Assembly (NCBI GenBank): GCA_016748015.1
Contig: JAAOMT010000128.1
Span: forward strand, 255,538-319,537
Direction of reading: 5' to 3'
DNA length: 64,000 bases
Source: Geosiphon pyriformis uo1
Taxonomy: Eukaryota; Fungi; Glomeromycota
This document shows positions 52,031 through 64,000 of the stretch, one piece after another. Position 1 is the first letter of the stretch, and each line of letters begins with the position of its first letter. Both the position numbers and the translations under genes were made by a program. The notes beneath the pieces are model-generated. The model did no database searches. It worked only from the letters and a program-made list of their open reading frames with translations, and was not told the DNA's origin.

Positions 52031-52235
52031 AACTACTAGATATTTGGCTGGAAACGTCAAAAAATCTGAAAACGAAAAAGTACAAATTCAATCAACTTGA
52101 AATTAATTAAGAGTTTTACCAAGTGCAGGGAGCTGCAGCCTGCAGGAGGATGCAGACCTTGATCAATCTAAGATCACCCCTATCAACTTTATAATCTTTT
52201 ATGACCTGATACGAGATTCTCGCCCTTGACAATAA
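52031..52235. promoter_or_regulatory. Probable bidirectional promoter between STT4 and VNX1
   Basis: Only 205 bp between divergent ATGs (52030 minus, 52236 plus). Confidence 0.55.
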
Positions 52236-55200
52236 ATGGACCCCAAATTACCAGCTTCGGTACCCACTCATGAAGAACAGGAAGTTGAAGTTCCTGTCTC
52301 AAGGGATGCAACCTCGAACCGGCCTTCACAAGCTGCCCCTAGTCATTCAAGGTCTCGTAATTCCAATGCTGGCGTGCCAACCGTTGAGAGCAGCCTTCAA
52401 ACCCCAAGATTGACGCGGCGCAAGTCTTCAAAACCCCGCTCAGACACTTCCTCTCAGGACGACGCGTCGGATCACTCAAACAGCTCTAAAATACGTAGAA
52501 AAAAAAGTTTACGTAGGCATTCTTCGCATAGACCACGAAAGTCTAGCATCACGTTTAACGAAAATGATGCTGAGGAGGGCATTTTAGGAGAAGAGCGAAC
52601 CCCAAGAGAAGAAGACGAAGGAGAAAGCCCTTCGTTAAGTGATAGTGATCGAGAATTTACTTTAAAAGATAGGCAAGAAGTAAGTATTAGCGCCTATACC
52701 CATAATTTCTCATTAAATCGGCTAACTCTTCATTTTCCTTCTTTTTAGGCTATAAACACAACACATCCTTTTGGTCTTCCTTTATGGAAACCAGCTTTAT
52801 ACAAAAAATCGCGGTCAGTAATCCGAAATGCTAATTCAGCTTTGCATTCGACACCTTCACCTGATTTGTATTTATATCCTGGAAACATTCTTTGGGCAAT
52901 CGCGTTTGGTTGGTGGCTAGCAATTGTATCATTTATTGTTTCAATTTTCTTGTTATTGACACCTTTCGGAGGATGGAAATATGCACGTGTTTTGCGAGAA
53001 TCGAGTTATTACATATTTTGGCCGTTTGGGAAATATGTTGAAAGAATCACTGAAGATGAATGGATATATGAAAATAATGGTCGTTATTATTTGGATCGGA
53101 ATGATGCTAATCATGGGCGATACGAGGAAAATATTGGTATATATCAAGATGCTGATGGAAATCTGGAATCAATTGAATCCACAGAGGATAACCCCTTGTT
53201 AGGAACCCGAACAGAATCTGGAGATGCACGTCGTCGGGCAAACCTTGTTCCAAAAGGACAAGGTTGTTTAGCTTCCTGTTTTGGAAACCTTAAAAATATT
53301 GGGTTTTCCGGAATAGTCTTCTACTTTTGGTTTTTTTTATTACTCGGTGGGTAATTTATCATTAATATAAAAATAGTATATTTAATTTTAAACTAATCAA
53401 TATATTCTATTTTTTTCTTCATATAGTCCCTCTGTATGCCATTGTATCTGCACTGTGTTGGTTTATGGTTGTATCTATTCCAATGGCTAAACTTAATTAT
53501 GTTGTCATGCGACATTTACGAAAGCATCCTCTCTCGCTACACTTCAAATCCGGCTCTTCTCTTTCTTTTTCGACTTCACAGCGCTCTGTGATTTTACTCT
53601 GCACATACAAAGCAATTGGATGGCAATATTACAAATATACCTATGATGGTATCAATATAATATTCATCAACTTAATGCCCCTCGTTTTTTTCACTATATT
53701 TGATGAGTATTTGCTAGCAAATTGGTTACATCACTCTGGATTTATCGTTCAACCGACCACCATCTTCGTACTTTCGCTTGCCTCCGTAATCCCTCTTTCC
53801 TATTTTATTGGTATGGCTGTTGCTTCTATTTCAGCACAATCATCAGCCGGCCTGGGTGCAGTGATCAATGCTACTTTTGGTAGTATCATCGAGATCATTT
53901 TGTACGCTATTGCATTAATTAATAAAAAAGGACTATTGACAGAAGGAAGTATCATCGGAAGTTTAATGGCTGGAGTTTTGCTTATGCCCGGTCTTAGTAT
54001 GCTCAGTGGAGCTTTGAAACGAAAAGAACAGAAATTTAACGCCAAAAGTGCAGGTAATCGAAAAATTAATTTTTAAAGCTCCGCAAATTATTCCCCAGTT
54101 CTCTAGTTGAAAATTCATTCTAACAATATCATTTAGGGGTCACATCTACTATGCTCATTATGGCGATTATCGGGGCTCTCACACCAACTTTATTTTACCA
54201 GATATATGGAAAGGTAAATTTATATTTTTGTTAAACTATTAAATTTTCGCCATATTTTTAATATTTAATAATATACTTTAACTGAATCAAAAGTTTGACG
54301 TGATTTGCGATCCTTGCCCGCCAACAACAAAGTTAAATAATTTTAATATAAAATCTTCATGTAATCGATGTCGATACGAACAGCCTAATCCTATCGACGA
54401 CCCTTACTATGCAAGTCATGTTAGGCCCTTGATGTACTTTTGTGCTGGTATTCTGGCGTTGGTAGGCTATTTTATAAGAATTTCACGTTGTCTCTTAATA
54501 TTGATTTCAATTTATGATCTAAATTTCAATTTAACTAAAACTAGTCATATCTGATCGGACTCTGGTTTACTCTTCGAACTCATGCCTCGCTTTTATGGCA
54601 GACTTCTCATCATCATCCCACATTTTCTGAAACTGCGGACTCTAGCATAAATCGCAACGCGTCCATATACAAACGCATTATTCCATTACATATTTTACAA
54701 AATTTAATTCCACATTCCTCCTTACTCTCCCATCCCACCGAGAATAACATAAATTCTACACCGGCTCCCCATAGTACAGGCCACTCAAATAGTAATAGGA
54801 ACCTTAGACCCCTATCAGCCCCTGGGCATATTGGACAACAATCTGATCATTCAATTCTACCTGATGAAAATCTTCATATTGCTCAAGTAGCTGTTGCGGC
54901 AGCTACATTAGCTGCCCAAAATCAAAGAGCTCTGAGACATGCGCATGAACCCGAAGAGGAGGAAGAACATGGTGGTCATGACTCTCCTAATTGGAGTAAA
55001 CTCAAAAGTGGAATTGTATTAGTTGTTTGCACATTATTATATTCCATTATTGCTGGTATATGACAATTTCAATTATCTTCATGCCAATTTTTAAATAAAC
55101 GATATTAAATATGACTTTGGCTTGCCCCCCCCCCCCCCAACTCCTAAATTAACTAGAAATTCTGGTTGCTACTGTGGATGGTGTCCTTAGTGGTTATGCT

Positions 55201-55685
55201 GTTGATCCAAAATTTCTAGGGTTAACTTTATTTGCTTTGGTACCAAATACAACAGAATTCATGAACGCGATGGCTTTCGCTATTCAAGGAAATATCGCTC
55301 TCAGTATGGAGATTGGTTCTGCATATGCATTACAAGTATGTTTATTGCAGATTCCCGCGATGGTTCTTTTTTCCGCAATTTACACTATCGAGAAGGGTTC
55401 GAAGCCTGAGCCACAAAATACATTCAGGTGCCTTTAATTTTACTATCTTTTATTGCCAATCAACATATATTTAGTTTTTTAACTTATTTTTCTCCTAATT
55501 TTTTCCCTCATTTTAGTCTCGTTTTCCCCCGCTGGGATGTTTTTGCTGTCGTGTTTTCGGTATTTTTACTAACTTACACTTATATAGAAGGAAAGTCTAA
55601 CTATTTCAAAGGCTCCATATTAATTCTTTCTTATTTGGTTTTAATGGCGGGATTTTATTGGGCTCCACCTACTAGTACTTTTTGA
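52236..55685 (+). CDS. VNX1: Vacuolar cation/H+ exchanger, VNX1-type (CaCA family), multi-exon
   Basis: TLKDRQE|AINTTHPFGLPLWKPALYKKSRSV, GNILWAIAFGWW, YYKYTYDGINIIFINL, alpha-1 GAVINATFGSIIE, GGHDSPNWS, alpha-2 LVPNTTEFMNA, EGKSNYFKGSIL. Confidence 0.93.
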
Positions 55686-56536
55686 GTATTTATAGGACCT
55701 TTCTGTCTAACAAAATATTTATTCATATTTATCAATGAGCATTTTGAAAAAAAAATCTAAGTAAAATTCCATTTATGAAGAGTAATATTGATTCCCCATA
55801 TTTTATTTGAAACTATTAGAAATAAGATTTAAGATGACCTAATCTATAAAGAAGCTCTAATTAAATCCCCGGCGGCAAATTAGATGAGTGGTAAAGGACT
55901 AGAAGACAGAAATAATGTTACAGAAACAAAGCAACGAATAACTCAGCGGCTATATATATATATATATAATATGCAAAATGTAATCAATGTATCTATAAAC
56001 CATGTTGGCAAAGGAATGGGAGAAACATCACGCATTCTCATCTCGTGATATGTGTAGATTTTAAAGCAAGTTTAATACAAACCATGTGTAAATCCCTCCA
56101 GGCATTTCAAATTCTTACCTTATTTTAGCCGAATTTCGAAAAGCCCTGCTATCGCACAATGGACAAATTAAAACAATAAACCAAGAACAACTGAAAAAGA
56201 ACATTTCGAAATGCTGAATGCCTGCATGAGATTAATGTCATGACAGACTTCCAACAAATTGAAATACGTTATCGAATCCTCAATAATCCATTATCTCCTA
56301 GGTTGGTTCGTCTATGGATTGCACTGAGTTTTTGCGTTTTTTTTTCCTTTTTTTCATTTTTTCGAAATCTTTAGTGTTTTTTTTTCTTCGTTTTTTCTTT
56401 TCTGCTGTGGGGAAGAATCAAATTTGAGTAGAGCCGAAGAACATCAATGTCCACCGCAAAAATAAAGTTCAATTTTCTGCTCCCTTGACATCCTTGGTAC
56501 TTGGGTCAACTCAACTAGTTTCCTTGATATAAAATA

Positions 56537-59703
<3,167 letters not shown>

Positions 59704-60964
59704 GCCTTTGGCGACAATTTAAATATTATTTCGATGACCGTTCGAAAAAATGGAAGGTAGAAGCGCCGAAAACAAAGCTTTTAAATCGAGAAAACTTTAG
59801 GGCTTCGTACAACAAAAGCTATAATAGATAATAAGTTGGTCCACCAGGTTTCAGGTTTGTAAGAAACAAAGTAGAAATTTATTTTTATGCATGAATGCCC
59901 CGGAGTCGTCAATAATCCTTTATACGGCGAATGCCCTTGATCTCAATATAATAGCAAGCGGAGTTTATTGATCCTTAATAGCTAACTAATGACCTACGGG
60001 AAAGTTTGAAAAAGTTTCCTGTTACGTCACAATATATCGCAAAAAAAAAACTTTTAACGTCGGGCAGCAAATCTAACATATCAGTAAAAAAATTTGATTG
60101 ATAACTAATCAAAGCACACATTTCTAGGTAAAAATTATTTCAATTTATGTAAGTTATAAAAGTCTCATATTCAAAAAATCATTGAGGCAAATTTGTTATG
60201 TTAATATAAAAAATAATAAAGCTTTTGAAAATTTTTTTTAGGTTTTTAACAGAATTTATATTTATTAAAAAAACAACCTATTTATTATTATAATATAATT
60301 TTTTTCAAAAATAACCATTTTATAAATATAATAATATTAATAATAAATATTAAATCTTATTATTTAATTATTTTTAAGAAAAATTTTTACATTAATTTAT
60401 CTTATAAATTAAATAATTCTTTATTATTATTATTTTTGCTTTTGCTTTATTTATATTAGCCATAAAAAGTAACTATAAATGTAAATTATGTGTTAACAAC
60501 ATATGACCAGTCATTTAAACTTTTGTTAAAACAATACTAAGCTGATTTTAAAAAAAAACTTATTTAAAACACTTATTTTATACATAATACAAATTAAATT
60601 ATTGCTATTTGAAACCAAACTACTTATTTATTTAGCAGTTATATTAGCATTAAACTTAATATTTATAACTTAAAACTTTTATAAAACCATTATTTTAACA
60701 AAATTTTTTTTATTAACAAAAAAATTCTTATTATTAATATTTATTTAATTTTAAAACTAATTATTTTTTTACTTAAATTATTTACAATATTATCAGATAA
60801 AATTTAAATTATTAATTAGCATAAAATTATTTTTATAATTTTTATTATTAATTAAAATATAATATTATTTTAATTTATTACTTATTATTATTTAATTAAT
60901 AATTTGATTTATATAATACACAAATATAATTAAATTATATAATATTTTGAATTATATAACATTT

Positions 60965-61065
60965 AAAAATTAATTAAAATATTTAAAAATTTGCCAAAAT
61001 ATTTAAAAATTTATTAAAATACTTAATAATTTATTAAAATAACTTGTAGTTTGCTAAAATATATA
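60965..61065. repeat. Degenerate ~20-bp tandem repeat (AAAATATTTAAAAATTTRYY, 4-5 copies)
   Basis: AAAATATTTAAAAATTTGCC / AAAATATTTAAAAATTTATT / AAAATACTTAATAATTTATT / AAAATAACTTGTAGTTTGCT. Confidence 0.4.
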
Positions 61066-61374
61066 TTTAAATCTTAAAAAAGTTATAGAAATATTAGCAA
61101 AAAAAATATTAAAACTTAAAATAAAATTATAACAAAATATATATATAAAAAATCTTTTTTTTTAAAAAAATATATTAAGTTATTAATTTATTTATCAAAC
61201 AAAAAATTAATTAATTAATTAATTATTATAAATTAACATAATAAAAACTTTTTTTTATTTATTATATTATTAAAAAATTTATAATTTACAATATATTAAA
61301 AATAATTATTAAATAATTATAAACACTTAAACAAAAAATTAACAAGTACTATTATTAATTATGCTATTTTTAAA

Positions 61375-62424
61375 ATTATTTTTACAGATAGTTAGGTGTT
61401 TTTAAATACTTGTGTCTCTTATAGAAATTTTGCTGATCCTAATTTTTATAATAAATATTGAATTAAAAAGAAGTGTATTCGCCAGTCTATTGCATCAAAG
61501 AATTTGTCAGTAGTTTAAAACAAAGTCAAAGGCCACTTTGAAGTTTATGGCAATAAGTGTGCTGATTTATTAGCTGATACTATCACTGGTTCTGATATCA
61601 TGTTACCTGTTAGAACATCTTGCCGTTTTTTATCTATTGAAAAGAAGTCTGTTTTTGGAAATGCCTGCCATTTTGTTAGAAATTTTTTTGATACTATTAG
61701 CTTTGTTAGTTGGGAAGCCAAATGTGTAGCCAATGTTGTAGAAAGTACATTGCATAATGAGATTAATGCATGATGTATGTTTAGTGTTTGACATCTTGAC
61801 AGTTGGTTTCAGTTAGAATTTACTAGCTTTTTTTCTGCATCTCTTTAGTTTTATTTCATAAAAGTCATTCACAACCATCTTTCTGTGGCCAAGAGAAAAA
61901 GGCTTTATAATTCGAGTTATCCAAGCATGCTATGTATTTAATGTGGATTGGTTGAGGACTCTAATCACATGTTCTCTTATATTCATAATGCTGGTGCTAA
62001 AAGTGAGTTGATTTTAAGGACTATTAAGTGTTGGGTTAGTTTGCTTAATAATTTTACTGTCAACAGTGTGATAATTTGCTCTCTACAGGAGGTTGAATTA
62101 TCAAAACATTTATATATATTCTTGGCCAAGAGTTTTGTTTTGAAGATTTGGATGACTAATATGTTTATCTGCTAAATAATGATTCTGACAGTAAGTCTTT
62201 GGTCATTGGTTTAGTCCAAAGCTTCACTAAGAGTCATAGATCTTTTATGTGACTGCTGACTACCAAGTTAAGAGTGCATTATAAGAAACATAGTTTTTTG
62301 CCACATAATAAATTTGTGATACTGGTGGTACCTGATTTGGTTTTCTTGTAGTCTTCTGGTAAAATCTTTAATTTTGGTGTAATATTAAGTATTCACATAT
62401 GTTTTAATTTACATTATTATCTGC
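61375..62424 (+). mobile_element. 5'-truncated LINE 3' fragment, close relative of the 4514-11335 LINE
   Basis: Aligns to the reverse complement of ~4708-5755 (e.g. AAAGTCAAAGGCCACTTTG, AAGAGTCATAGATC); ORF 61948-62175 remnant. Confidence 0.85.
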
Positions 62425-64000
62425 TGTTATGGTTTAAGAATTTAGCAAAAAGAATCATAAAAATAATACAAACTATTCAATCATAATATAGCACAGTAAT
62501 AATCTTAGAAAAGTAATGATTAACATAGTAGCAAACACTATCTTGCAATAGTAGCAAGCACCAGTTCATAATAGCAGTTAACACCAACTGGTGATAGCAG
62601 CAAACACCAGATTGAAATATCAAAAAGAAAGTATTACAATGTGTTTTCTCGTAGAACTACAAACATGTATATATACAGTAGTTTTAATATTGGGAAAGAA
62701 TCAATCAAGTAATAAAAATCATAACTTATTAAGCAATAGATCCAATTTTATCCAACAAACTCCACTTTAAATCATATTTTCAAATTAAATATTCCAAGAA
62801 ACCTTTAAATCAAAAAAAAATGAAAAAGAATATTTAAAACTGAATTATCACAACCCAAAGTATTAAGAAACTTACTTGTATTATTTATTGAATAAAACTA
62901 TCATTCATCAACTGAATCTCTTGGAAGAATAATCCTTGATCAAGATTATTCACGTTATTACTAATTGATAAAAGCTTTATTGTAAGAATTAGAAAAAGTG
63001 CTAAAGACCATTAACATTTTGTGTTTCTAGATTAGAGAAACACATCAGGCAATTGCAAGGATAGTTTCAGAAAAGATCTCAGACAGTGGGTAGATTTCAG
63101 TTCAGCCTTTGAGAAGGAGTACATAAACATACACAACAATCAAGAATTGAAGAATAACTTACATTACAACATTAAAAAGAAAGCCTTCAGTATAACAGTG
63201 ACATTATCACACAAATAGAATTGAGAAACTCATGAAAGACTGATTGCAATTAAAACGAGATATCAGCAATTAAATATAACAAGAAAACCATTCCATAACA
63301 TTTGGTGAACCCTACGAGAAAAGAAAATCAAAAAGGAAATAATAATTAGCAATAATTCATTGCTAAAAAGGAAGAGACAAAAGTGGTGACAAAAACCTCT
63401 AATCTTACTGTTCTTGAATTCTGCCATGCTATTTACACACAAAATCAAAGTGATCTTGGATTACCAGAAGAGTGTTGTCCAGCAGAATCTGCCCTCACTT
63501 ATTATATCAACGCCAGAATAAATTATCATATAAGAAAGGAAGAAAAACCACATGATGCAAAACTTGGATTGTATAGAGAATTATCACAATACACTACAAA
63601 AGAAGTAGCAGTAATAGCCGCAACTATTGTCAAAATTCATCGAGAAATTGAGCAATATGCCAACAAAAATTTTCTAATATCCACAGGAAACACTAGGGAA
63701 CACGCCAACAAAACCAAAGAAAATTTAGAAACTAATCAGGAAAGTAACCAGCAAAAACTAGGAACACCAGCTTAAACACCAAAGAAAACTGTCACTCAAT
63801 CAATAAAAAAACAACGTATTTATTTACTAGAAGATAAATCATACCATTTTTTACCAGAAAATAAGATACAAATTCTATTAGGAGCTGCATCATCATCAAC
63901 ATCAACTCCACAAATGCCAAAAACTCCTAGTTATACTGATAAAATTAAACAACGTAACTGGGGAGACATACCAATTACAGAAGGATATTCATCACTATTC
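62425..64000 (+). mobile_element. LTR retrotransposon C, 5' part (LTR, PBS, start of gag); continues beyond the window
   Basis: LTR 62425-63300 with perfect 8-bp inverted ends TGTTATGG/CCATAACA; PBS TGGTGAACCCTACGAG at 63303; ORF 63383-63775 is similar to ORF 23258-23560 of element B. Confidence 0.85.

Noticed and set aside
60455-60540. YKCKLC-like peptide as a BED-finger DNA transposon relic
   Set aside because: Too short and degraded; no TIRs or further motifs.

Overview
Eukaryotic, very AT-rich, intron-dense fungal genomic DNA. The gene set, short introns, a minor-spliceosome intron and the TE families suggest an early-diverging fungus, most likely Glomeromycotina (inference). Layout: (i) 1-38.3 kb is a transition-hypermutated, CpG-depleted TE block containing LINE relics, an ORF1-only 'half-LINE', one full-length RNase H-bearing LINE, two more LINE pieces, two nested Ty3/Gypsy elements (one carries a dUTPase) and a solo LTR. 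(ii) 38.5-59.7 kb is a compact, CpG-retaining island of six spliced genes: METTL14-like, PEX39-like (KPWE), C8orf76-like TPR, STT4/PI4KA, VNX1-type cation/H+ exchanger and poly(A) polymerase. (iii) 60-64 kb is AT-rich DNA, a LINE 3' fragment and the 5' part of a third LTR element. The most notable observations are: a shared, uncharacterised ~230-250 aa domain in frame after the integrase of both Gypsy elements; a 399-nt GC-rich intron with a long-range stem inside the PI4K kinase domain; an AT-AC U12 intron plus two GC-AG introns in METTL14; an isolated 66-bp bacterial-type C5-DNA-methyltransferase motif I fragment; a RIP-like C>T/G>A signature not limited to CpG; and a TSD-less, apparently chimeric Gypsy element that marks a deletion or a misassembly. 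All coordinates were read by eye and TE boundaries in degraded DNA are approximate.
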